From the NCBI GenBank assembly GCA_965203805.1, contig OZ241917.1, positions 704,001 to 768,000 on the forward strand: a DNA stretch of 64,000 nt. Reading direction: 5' to 3'. The DNA is from Candidatus Latescibacterota bacterium. Its GTDB lineage: Bacteria; Latescibacterota; UBA2968; GCA-2709665. The stretch's first letter is position 1, and every line of letters begins with the position of its first letter. The notes under the pieces were generated by a model that worked only from the letters and a program-made list of their open reading frames with translations, did no database searches and was not told the origin of the DNA. Below, in pieces: positions 38,760 to 47,427 of the stretch. The translations under genes were made by a program, and so were the position numbers.

Positions 38760-40492
38760 AGTCTGCGGAAAAGCTGGATGCAGTCCTCCTGGAGGTGTTG
38801 TGGAACCGGCTCATCTCCATCGTAAACGAACAGGCCGCGGCATTGATGCACGCTTCGTTTACAACCGTGGTGCGGGAAGCCGGCGACCTTTCCGCGGGCA
38901 TTTTCAACCGTCGCGGTCAGATGGTCGCGCAGGCGGTAACGGGCACGCCGGGTCACATCAACACGATGGCGACTTGCGTCCGCCATTTCGCGAGAGCCCA
39001 TCCAATAGACAGTCTGAAGCCAGGCGATAGCCTGCTCACCAACGATCCATGGCTGGGGTCGGGACATCTGCACGACATCACCGTGGTCACTCCCGTCTTC
39101 CATAGAGAAAAGGCCGTGGGCTGGTTCGCCAATACGTGTCACGCCATGGATATCGGCGGACGGACGCTTGGCGCCGACGCGCGCGAGGTCTTTGAGGAAG
39201 GCCTCCACATTCCCATCATGTTCCTGTTCCGTGAGGGTTCGGTCAATCGCGATCTTATGGAAATCGTACGGGCTAACGTCCGCACACCGGATGCCGTTGT
39301 GGGAGACCTCTATGCGCAGCAGGCAGGCAACGACGTGGGGGCCGCCAAGCTCTCGGAAATGATGGCGGAATACGAGATGGAGGACATCGAGTCCCTCGCG
39401 TCAATGATTCTGGACCGTTCGGAAGCCGCCACCCGCGAAGCGATCGCGGAGATTCCCAACGGCAGGTACCGGGATGAAGTGGTCATCGACGGCTTCGATC
39501 ATCCCCTGAAGATCGTGGTCTCCATAGATGTACGGGAGCGGGAGCTTGTGGTGGACTACGACGGCACGTCGCCGCAGGTGGACCGCGGCATCAACGTGGT
39601 CTACAACTATACACACGCCTATACAACCTATCCGCTCGCGTGTTCAATCAGTCCCTCCGTTCCGAATAACGCCGGCAGTTTTCGCCCCGTCACGGTGACG
39701 GCCCCGGAGGGCAGCGTACTCAATGCCAGGTATCCATGCGCCGTCGGCGCCCGGCACCTGATCGGGCACTTTCTGTCCCAGGCGGTATTCGGCGCGTTGT
39801 CCGGAGCCATTCCCGAGCGGGTGCTCGCGGACGGTTCGGCCGGACTCTGGAACACGCAACTGGAGGGCCACGACCGGGACGGACGGGTGTTTTCCTATAT
39901 CTTTTTTTCCGCCGGGGGCATGGGCGCGAGGCCCGCGTCGGACGGGCTCTCGGCCACGGCCTTTCCCAGCGGTATCAAGGGAGTTCCCGCCGAGGCGATC
40001 GAGGCGGTCTCGCCTGTACTGATGCTGAAGCGGGAGCTGCGTCCGGATTCCGGCGGCGCGGGCAAGTACCGCGGCGGCCTGGGGCAGGAGATGGTGCTGG
40101 GCATGGATACCGATACGGCGGTGTTGCATTCGTGTATGTATGACCGCACGAGGAGCCCGGCGCGCGGTTTCCGGGGGGGAGGCAACGGCGCCGTTGGCGA
40201 GGTGGTCCTTTCGGACGGGTCCCAACCGCATCCGAAGGGAAAATACGAACTGCAGCCGGGACAGACCGTGACCCTGAGGCTTCCTGGCGGGGGAGGTTTC
40301 TTCTCTCCCAAGGCACGCGATCCGAAGCGGGTGCTGAACGACGTACGGCAGGGGCGGGTGTCCCCGGAAGCGGCCCGGGAGGTGTACGGAGTGGTTGTGG
40401 ACACTCAGAAACTGGTCGTGGACGCTGCCGCGACCGAAGCGCTCAGGGATGCTTCCGCCGGCCCGGTGGACAGAACGGGTTCCCCGCCGTGA
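38756..40492 (+). CDS. Hydantoinase B/oxoprolinase family subunit (second paralog)
   Basis: LWNRLISIVNE, NDPWLGSGHLHD, EEGLHIP, DSGGAGKYRGG, PGGGGF; ATGA overlap with the A subunit. Confidence 0.93.
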   Translation: MKSAEKLDAVLLEVLWNRLISIVNEQAAALMHASFTTVVREAGDLSAGIFNRRGQMVAQAVTGTPGHINTMATCVRHFARAHPIDSLKPGDSLLTNDPWLGSGHLHDITVVTPVFHREKAVGWFANTCHAMDIGGRTLGADAREVFEEGLHIPIMFLFREGSVNRDLMEIVRANVRTPDAVVGDLYAQQAGNDVGAAKLSEMMAEYEMEDIESLASMILDRSEAATREAIAEIPNGRYRDEVVIDGFDHPLKIVVSIDVRERELVVDYDGTSPQVDRGINVVYNYTHAYTTYPLACSISPSVPNNAGSFRPVTVTAPEGSVLNARYPCAVGARHLIGHFLSQAVFGALSGAIPERVLADGSAGLWNTQLEGHDRDGRVFSYIFFSAGGMGARPASDGLSATAFPSGIKGVPAEAIEAVSPVLMLKRELRPDSGGAGKYRGGLGQEMVLGMDTDTAVLHSCMYDRTRSPARGFRGGGNGAVGEVVLSDGSQPHPKGKYELQPGQTVTLRLPGGGGFFSPKARDPKRVLNDVRQGRVSPEAAREVYGVVVDTQKLVVDAAATEALRDASAGPVDRTGSPP

Positions 40493-40595
40493 TCGGCGGT
40501 GCGGGCATATCGCCGGGATGCGGGCTCGCATTTGATTGGAAATTTAAAACATTCCTGAAACTGATTGCAAGACAACTGGTTGTGCAGGAGATTCA

Positions 40596-41990
40596 ATGGG
40601 GAAACGCGAAACCGCCGACGGCTACCGGGGGATCTGGTGGTGGGACACGCCCGCGGAAAACGAGTACAAATTCGTCTATTATAGTGGAGGATTCGCAACT
40701 TACACCGCCAAACACATTCCGCTGGCCTATTATTCCGATGTCGCGCAAAAGACGTTTTTCTGCTACGGGGGGACGTACAGGGACAGGAACCGGATTCTGG
40801 CGATGGTCTCCTGTTACGATCACGCCACCGGGACGGTTCCGCGGCCGACCATCCTGATGGACAAGGGCACGGCAGACGCGCACGACAACCCGGTGCTGAT
40901 GCTCGACGACGAAGGCTATATCTGGGTTTTCGTGAGCGCACACGGCACGGCACGGCCGGCGTATATTTTCAGAAGCCGGGAACCCTATTCCGTGGACGCA
41001 TTCCAATGCGTGCGGAAGACGAATTTCTCCTATCCCCAGCCGTGGCATATACACGGCAGAGGATTCCTGTTTCTGCACACCCGGTACGCTGGCGGCCGAT
41101 TCCTCTACATGCATACCAGCCCGGACGGGTTAAACTGGTCCGAACCCAGGGCGTTATCGAAAATCCGCCACGGCCACTACCAGGTCAGCTGGCGCGCCGG
41201 CACCCGGGTCGGCACCGCGTTCAACTACCATCCGGTCAGGAAGCCGGGTCCACCCCGGACCAACCTGTATTACCTGCAGACGGACGATTTCGGCGAGACC
41301 TGGAAAAGTGCCGCGGGTGAGCGGATGGACCTCCCCCTGGATTGTCCGCGCAACGGCGCGATTGTTCATGACTTCGAGCGGGAGGATCTGCAGGTATTCG
41401 TAAAGGACCTGAATTTCGACGCTCATGGACATCCCGTCATCCTGATTCTGACCAGCCGGGGGTTGGAGACCGGCCCTCAGAACGACCCGCGCGTCTGGAT
41501 GACGGTACGGTGGACGGGCGATGCCTGGGTTGTTCGTGAGGCATTCCGGTCTGACAATAACTACGACGCCGGGGGATTGCACGTCGAGTCGGATGGGGCC
41601 TGGCGGATTATCGCGCCTACGGAAACAGGTCCGCAGCCCTACAATACCGGCGGTGAAGTGGCGGTGTGGACCAGCGGCAATGAAGGCGACACGTGGGAGA
41701 AGATCCGGCTGGCAACGGGGAACAGCAGTTACAATCATACCTATGTGCGCCGGCCGGTAAACGCTCACCCGGAATTCTATGCCTTCTGGGCGGATGGACA
41801 CGCGCGGCAGCAGTCGGAATCCCGCCTGTATTTCTGCAACAGCACGGGCAAGCACGTCTTCCGTCTCCCCTCGCTGATGTCGGGGGACCACCAGAAACCC
41901 GCGAGGGTCGTCCCACTCAAGGACGCGGAGGCTCCCGAGAACGCCGGCGAAGCGGACTCCGGTGGATACTCCGGAAAGGCGGAACAATGA
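40596..41990 (+). CDS. BNR-4 repeat-containing protein (sialidase-like beta-propeller)
   Basis: DAHDNP, SYPQP, Asp-box-like TSPDGLNWS, TDDFGETW, TSGNEGDTW; RBS AGGAG. Confidence 0.78.
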   Translation: MGKRETADGYRGIWWWDTPAENEYKFVYYSGGFATYTAKHIPLAYYSDVAQKTFFCYGGTYRDRNRILAMVSCYDHATGTVPRPTILMDKGTADAHDNPVLMLDDEGYIWVFVSAHGTARPAYIFRSREPYSVDAFQCVRKTNFSYPQPWHIHGRGFLFLHTRYAGGRFLYMHTSPDGLNWSEPRALSKIRHGHYQVSWRAGTRVGTAFNYHPVRKPGPPRTNLYYLQTDDFGETWKSAAGERMDLPLDCPRNGAIVHDFEREDLQVFVKDLNFDAHGHPVILILTSRGLETGPQNDPRVWMTVRWTGDAWVVREAFRSDNNYDAGGLHVESDGAWRIIAPTETGPQPYNTGGEVAVWTSGNEGDTWEKIRLATGNSSYNHTYVRRPVNAHPEFYAFWADGHARQQSESRLYFCNSTGKHVFRLPSLMSGDHQKPARVVPLKDAEAPENAGEADSGGYSGKAEQ

Positions 41991-42859
41991 AAGGCATCAT
42001 TCTTTCGGGCGGGCTGGGTACCCGGCTGTACCCGCTTACGGTCTCGATTTCAAAGCAGATTATGCCCATCTTCGACAAACCGATGATCTATTACCCTCTT
42101 TCGGTGCTGATGCTGGCCAATATCCGTGAATTTCTGATCATATCATCGCCTGAGCATATCGAGCTTTACCGGAATCTGCTGGGAGACGGCAGCCGGCTGG
42201 GTCTCCGTTTCGACTACGCAATTCAACCCCGTCCGGAGGGCGTTGCCCAATCTTTCATAATCGGGGAGAATTTCATCGACGACGAACCCTGCGCGCTCAT
42301 TTTCGGAGACAATTTCTTCTACGGCCACGGTCTTTCGGGATTGCTGGAGCATGCGGGCAGACACGAAGAGGGCGGGCTGGTCTTCGCGTATTACGTGCAG
42401 GACCCGGAGCGATACGGTGTGGTTGAGTTCGATGATCGCATGAACGTGGTAGGCATCGAAGAGAAGCCGAAACGACCCAGATCGAATTATGCGGTGACCG
42501 GACTTTATTTCTATGACGGAAGCGTGGTGGAGATCGCGAAGAGGCTGAAGCCGTCGGACCGTGGGGAACTGGAAATCACCGATTTGAACAACGAGTACCT
42601 CAGACGGGACAAGCTGCGGGTTCAGTTGCTGGGGAGGGGAATTGCCTATCTCGACACGGGAACCCACGAGAGCCTGCTGGAAGCGAGCAACTTTGTACAG
42701 ATTGTCGAAAACCGGCAGGGGCTGAAAATTGCGTGCCTGGAGGAAATCGCGTTTCGAAAAGGCTACATCGGCGCGCGCCAGCTCGAGGACATCGCGAACT
42801 ATTCGGAAGAGAATGCGTATTGTCAGTATCTGAAACGGTTGCTGGCTTCCGGGACGTGA
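41987..42859 (+). CDS. rfbA: Glucose-1-phosphate thymidylyltransferase
   Basis: MKGIILSGGLGTRLYP, KPMIYYPLS, GDN, YGVVEF, EEKP, RGELEITD, LDTGTHESL. Confidence 0.95.
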   Translation: MKGIILSGGLGTRLYPLTVSISKQIMPIFDKPMIYYPLSVLMLANIREFLIISSPEHIELYRNLLGDGSRLGLRFDYAIQPRPEGVAQSFIIGENFIDDEPCALIFGDNFFYGHGLSGLLEHAGRHEEGGLVFAYYVQDPERYGVVEFDDRMNVVGIEEKPKRPRSNYAVTGLYFYDGSVVEIAKRLKPSDRGELEITDLNNEYLRRDKLRVQLLGRGIAYLDTGTHESLLEASNFVQIVENRQGLKIACLEEIAFRKGYIGARQLEDIANYSEENAYCQYLKRLLASGT

Positions 42860-43055
42860 CGAGCCGCAGGCCGCGACAACGGCCTCCAACCGGCCGACGC
42901 GTCACATTGGGACGGCGATTTACAGATCGCCCGAACCATTGCCGCTGAAACTTCCGGGTTTCCACCGTCCACCGTGATCCTGGAGCTTTCCGACGAGGTC
43001 CAGCCGGGGGGACGCACGGCGACACCGCTTCGCGCAAATCCATGAAAGGCTCCCC

Positions 43056-43394
43056 ATGTCGAGGATATTTTGCATCCTGGCTGTTCTGGCGTCGCTTGTT
43101 CACTGCGGAGACGCCCCGTTGTCCCCGGAAGAGGCAATAGTCGGTACGTGGAAACTGACGCTCGCGAGGGACGAATCCGTTACGGTGAATTATACGCTGA
43201 CATTTGAACGGAACGGAAATTATACGTTCATCAATACGATTTTCGACGGGAGTCAGATCACGTCCACCGGGATCTGGCGAATCCAGAATAACACACTGTT
43301 CCTCGATACCCTGGACTTCGGATTCTCCATAGAAGAGGACGCACTTACGCTGTATGCGATAGACGGTACGGTGTTCGTCTATACGAAGCAGTAG
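43056..43394 (+). CDS. Small lipocalin-like lipoprotein
   Basis: Signal peptide ending in Cys (SLVHC), IVGTWK motif, beta-rich sequence, G.W. Confidence 0.65.
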   Translation: MSRIFCILAVLASLVHCGDAPLSPEEAIVGTWKLTLARDESVTVNYTLTFERNGNYTFINTIFDGSQITSTGIWRIQNNTLFLDTLDFGFSIEEDALTLYAIDGTVFVYTKQ

Positions 43395-43451
43395 TTCCCG
43401 AGGGGATTTCCGTTTCATGGTGAAGAACACCGTATTGCTCCCGGAGAGCCG

Positions 43452-44828
43452 ATGCGCGTCGATCCATCCATTCGCCTGAAGGATCTGGAGTCCAGGCTGA
43501 ACCGGTGCTTCGAACTTGCGAGACGCAAGATAACCTCTATCTCCGAGACCTGGGATCCCGATGACGGCGCGCCTGTGTTTACCGCAGGCGGGAAATACAC
43601 CACCAGGGGTTGGACGGAATGGACACAGGGATTTCAGTACGGCTGTGCAATATTGCTGTTCGATGCGCTGAGGGAAAAGCGGTTCCTGGATATCGGACGG
43701 CGAGGGACAACGGGCCGGATGGCACCGCACCTGACCCACACCGGCGTGCACGACCACGGATTCAACAACATTTCGACCTACGGCAATCTCAGGCGGCTGA
43801 TGCTCGAAGGGGTCACCGCGGGCGATCAATGGGAAGCGGGATTTTACGAGCTTGCCCTGAAGACCTCCGGGGCGGTCCAGGCGGCGCGCTGGTCGAGGAT
43901 ACGAAACGGAAAGGGGTATATTCCGTCTTTTAACGGCGCCCATTCTCTGTTTTCCGACACGATTCGCACCTGCCGTTCCCTTGGGCTCGCACACGAATTG
44001 GGCCACGTGTTGATGGGCGAGAACGACCGAGCGATTTCGCTCCTGGACCGGATGATCCAGCACGCCGAGACGACGGCGACGTACAATGTCTATTACGGCC
44101 GGGGGCGCGATTCCTACGACATTCGGGGTCGGGTGGCCCATGAATCGATTTTCAATATCGCGGACGGAAACTACCGATGTCCGAGCACACAACAGGGATA
44201 CTCACCCTATTCCACCTGGACGCGGGGTCTCGCCTGGATCGTGACAGGATACGCGGAATTGCTGGAGTTCCTGGAGGTCGTCGACGATGACGATCTTTCG
44301 GCCTGCGGCGGTCGAGACCTTATAACGGCGTTCATGACCCGGGCGGCCACCGCCGCTGCCGATTATTTCGTCGACGGCGCTTCCGCGGCCGACGGCATTC
44401 CGTATTGGGATACCGGCGCCCCCGGATTGGCCCGAATGGGAGACTATCTCGGCCGCAATGCCGATCCATTCAATGAATATGAACCCGTTGACAGTTCGGC
44501 CGCAGCAATTGCCGCACAGGGTCTTTATCGCCTGGGGAAATACCTTGGCGCCCAAGACGGTGCGCCGTACACGCGCGCGGCCTTAACGGTCTCGCGCACG
44601 TTATTCGATTCACCGTACCTGTCGGAAGATGCCGATCACCAGGGACTGATCCTGCATTCCGTATACCACCGGCCCAACGGATGGGACCGTCGACGGGCCG
44701 GACAAAGCGTGCCGAACGGAGAGGCTTCGATGTGGGGAGACTATCACGCATTGGAACTGGCGGTGTTATTGAAGCGTGAAATTACCGGACAGCCGTACCT
44801 GACGTTTTTCGACAACCTCGGCGTTTGA
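43452..44828 (+). CDS. Glycoside hydrolase family 88-like (alpha/alpha)6 hydrolase
   Basis: WTQGF, HDHGF, WTRGLAW, IPYWD, DSSAAAIAA, WGDY. Confidence 0.8.
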   Translation: MRVDPSIRLKDLESRLNRCFELARRKITSISETWDPDDGAPVFTAGGKYTTRGWTEWTQGFQYGCAILLFDALREKRFLDIGRRGTTGRMAPHLTHTGVHDHGFNNISTYGNLRRLMLEGVTAGDQWEAGFYELALKTSGAVQAARWSRIRNGKGYIPSFNGAHSLFSDTIRTCRSLGLAHELGHVLMGENDRAISLLDRMIQHAETTATYNVYYGRGRDSYDIRGRVAHESIFNIADGNYRCPSTQQGYSPYSTWTRGLAWIVTGYAELLEFLEVVDDDDLSACGGRDLITAFMTRAATAAADYFVDGASAADGIPYWDTGAPGLARMGDYLGRNADPFNEYEPVDSSAAAIAAQGLYRLGKYLGAQDGAPYTRAALTVSRTLFDSPYLSEDADHQGLILHSVYHRPNGWDRRRAGQSVPNGEASMWGDYHALELAVLLKREITGQPYLTFFDNLGV

Positions 44829-44882
44829 CGCGAACTTTCGTCGGACCTATCGAACGCCTCACGCTCATTCAGGCAGAAGGAC

Positions 44883-45755
44883 ATGAAGCCCATTCTTGAC
44901 TCAGCCGTCCCAACGACGGGGCGGGTTCGTCGCGCAATTCCTCTTGGATTCGTAGCAGGGTTGGTTCTGGCGATCGCTTTCTGCGAGTCCCCGGTACAGG
45001 GTGGAAAATCGACCGGGTTCGATTTCGGGCCCCTCGACCGACTGCTGGGCAGGTTCGTGGATTCGCGGGGATGGGTCGACTACGCCGGAATCAAGGCCGA
45101 GCCTTCCGACCTCCGGCAGCAGTTGGCCCGCCTTCGGGCGATCAGCCCGGAGAGCCACCCCGGCATGTTTCCCGATCGGGTGGATCGGCTGGCATATTGG
45201 ATCAATGCGTACAACGCGCTGGTGATTGCGGGGGTGGTCAATGCGTATCCCGCAACCAGCGTGAAAGACATCCACCCGCAACCAGGATTCTTCAAGGTAT
45301 TCCACGTCGTTGGCGGCAAATCGCTTTCACTGGACGACATTGAACACAATATTGTCCGAAAAAGGTTCGGAGATCCGCGAATTCACGCTGCTCTGAATTG
45401 CGCCGCCGCATCCTGTCCCAGATTGCAACCTGAGGCCTACCGTCCGGATCGGCTCGATAGCCAGCTGGATGCTGCTGTCCGGGAGTTCATCCGCGACCCG
45501 CAGCATGTACGCGTTGACCGTGACAGCAGGACGCTGGTGCTTTCGAAAATCCTGGATTGGTTCGAAGGAGATTTTACCGGCTGGTACAAACGCGCCTTTA
45601 AGGTGAAAGACGCTGGAATAACGGATTATCTGATTATCCATCTTGGCGAGAAAGATCGCGCCTATCTGCAATCACGCCCGAAGGTAGCCATTCGCTACGT
45701 ACCGTACGATTGGATGCTCAACGACCGGGCGTTGTACGAGAACGCGAGTCGTTGA
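44883..45755 (+). CDS. DUF547 domain secreted protein
   Basis: VDYAG, LAYWINAYNA, SLDDIEH, DPRIHAALNCAAASCP, LSKILDWF, YDWMLN. Confidence 0.9.
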   Translation: MKPILDSAVPTTGRVRRAIPLGFVAGLVLAIAFCESPVQGGKSTGFDFGPLDRLLGRFVDSRGWVDYAGIKAEPSDLRQQLARLRAISPESHPGMFPDRVDRLAYWINAYNALVIAGVVNAYPATSVKDIHPQPGFFKVFHVVGGKSLSLDDIEHNIVRKRFGDPRIHAALNCAAASCPRLQPEAYRPDRLDSQLDAAVREFIRDPQHVRVDRDSRTLVLSKILDWFEGDFTGWYKRAFKVKDAGITDYLIIHLGEKDRAYLQSRPKVAIRYVPYDWMLNDRALYENASR

Positions 45756-45885
45756 GTTCATAACGACCCAACAATTGCCCGGATGTCCACGTTTCGGCAA
45801 TGACACGGTTCGAGCCGGTCTGACCGGTACGAACGGTTGAGCGACGGGTATCTTCCCGTCTGAGGTCAACGCAAAGGAGGGGGAA

Positions 45886-46899
45886 ATGGGAGCGGCGTCC
45901 GAACTGCTGGCGATTCAACCCCGTGATCGGGAACCGGCGCCGGCCAAACGCCTTCCGTTCGGGGAGCGTCTGAAGGGAGAGGGTGTCGATCTGCGGCGTG
46001 AGACGCTGGAGACGCTCCAGATCAACGTGGGAAAACTCTGCAATCAGGCGTGCAGGCATTGCCACGTGGATGCCGGCCCGAACCGGACGGAGGTCATGAC
46101 GCGCGACACGATGCGGTCGATCCTGGCGTTTCTCGCCTCGACGGATATTCCAGTGGTGGACATTACCGGCGGCGCGCCGGAGGTGAACCCCGATTTCAGG
46201 TTTCTGGTTCATCAGATCCGTGTGCTTGGACGACAGGTGCTGGTCCGGTGCAATCTTACCGTGATTTTCGAACCCGGTCTGGAGGACCTGCCTGACTTCT
46301 ACCGCGAACATCAGGTGGAACTGGTGTGCTCACTCCCCTGCTATCTTGAGGAAAACGTGGACCAACAGCGCGGAAAGGGTGTGTTCTACGATAGCATCGA
46401 GGCGCTGCAACGCCTGAATGCGATCGGATACGGAAAGCCGGATTCAGGCCTGAGGCTCCACCTCGTATACAATCCGGTCGGGGCCTCGCTTCCGCCGCCG
46501 CAGGCCGAACTGGAGGCGGACTATAAACAGGTTCTGGCAGAGCGGTACGACATTTCGTTCAACCGACTCCTGACGATAACGAACATGCCGATCAGCCGGT
46601 TTAACGACTATCTGAAACGTCGGGGGGAGTACGAAGGCTACACGCAGACGTTATACGATCATTTCAACGCCCAGACCATCGATCGCCTGATGTGCCGTTT
46701 TCTCGTGAGCGTAGATTGGGAAGGCAATATTTACGACTGCGATTTCAATCAGATGCTGGACATGCATCTGTCGGGCCGGCCGAAGAAACTGTGGGAGGTA
46801 TCGCCAGGATGGTTGGTGGACAGAAGGATCCGGATTGCCGACCATTGCTATGGTTGTACGGCAGGGGCGGGAAGCAGTTGCGGAGGCGAACTGGCCTGA
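45886..46899 (+). CDS. arsS: Radical SAM/Cys-rich protein of the arsenosugar biosynthesis ArsS family
   Basis: LQINVGKLCNQACRHCHVDAGP (CX3CX2C), DITGGAPE, SLPCY, LMC, YDCDFNQ, HCYGCTAGAGSSCGG. Confidence 0.88.
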   Translation: MGAASELLAIQPRDREPAPAKRLPFGERLKGEGVDLRRETLETLQINVGKLCNQACRHCHVDAGPNRTEVMTRDTMRSILAFLASTDIPVVDITGGAPEVNPDFRFLVHQIRVLGRQVLVRCNLTVIFEPGLEDLPDFYREHQVELVCSLPCYLEENVDQQRGKGVFYDSIEALQRLNAIGYGKPDSGLRLHLVYNPVGASLPPPQAELEADYKQVLAERYDISFNRLLTITNMPISRFNDYLKRRGEYEGYTQTLYDHFNAQTIDRLMCRFLVSVDWEGNIYDCDFNQMLDMHLSGRPKKLWEVSPGWLVDRRIRIADHCYGCTAGAGSSCGGELA

Positions 46900-46985
46900 G
46901 AAGACGCGTTTCCGGTTTCAGGCGGAACGCAGGTGAGGGGGTCGGCCGATTCGAGCGGTCGACCCCGAACCGTTACGCGCCGGGT

Positions 46986-47411
46986 TCATTCGAAATGACC
47001 CCCGCCGGTTTCCAGAAACTTGAGAATCCGGTCGTGTATCTGGTCTCTGACCCTTCGAAAGACCGACATCCGCTGTTCGTCGGTTCCACGTGCTTCGGCC
47101 GGGTCGTCGAAGCTCCAGTGGAGACGTGCGGTCGCGCCGTGATAAACGGGGCAGCTTTCGTTTGCCCGATCGCACACGGTGATGACGACGTCCACGTTCG
47201 AGTCCGCGAAGGCGTCGTGCGCCTTCGATCTTTGGACGGATATATCGACGCCGATTTCGGCCAGCGCCTTGACCGCCATCGGATTCAGGGTCGTGGGACG
47301 TGTGCCCGCGCTCAGAGATTCGAATCGGTCTCCCGCGAGTTGACGGAGGAGTCCTTCCGCCATCTGGCTCCTGCAGGAATTCCCGGTGCAAAGGAACAAT
47401 ACGCGTTTCAT
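46986..47411 (-). CDS. arsC: Thioredoxin-coupled arsenate reductase (LMW-PTP fold)
   Basis: P-loop CTGNSCRSQMAEG, resolving cysteines in VITVCDRANESCP, HW.FDDP. Confidence 0.9.
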   Translation of the reverse strand: MKRVLFLCTGNSCRSQMAEGLLRQLAGDRFESLSAGTRPTTLNPMAVKALAEIGVDISVQRSKAHDAFADSNVDVVITVCDRANESCPVYHGATARLHWSFDDPAEARGTDEQRMSVFRRVRDQIHDRILKFLETGGGHFE

Positions 47412-47427
47412 GGCATAGGTGTGCGCT

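Noticed and set aside
42600-44192. 530-aa minus-strand ORF spanning three plus-strand genes
   Set aside because: Overlaps rfbA, the lipoprotein and the GH88-like gene in antisense; composition is not protein-like
46860-46899. Possible selenocysteine in the ArsS C-terminus
   Set aside because: The GSSC codon is TGC (Cys), and the TGA at 46897-46899 falls at the normal family end
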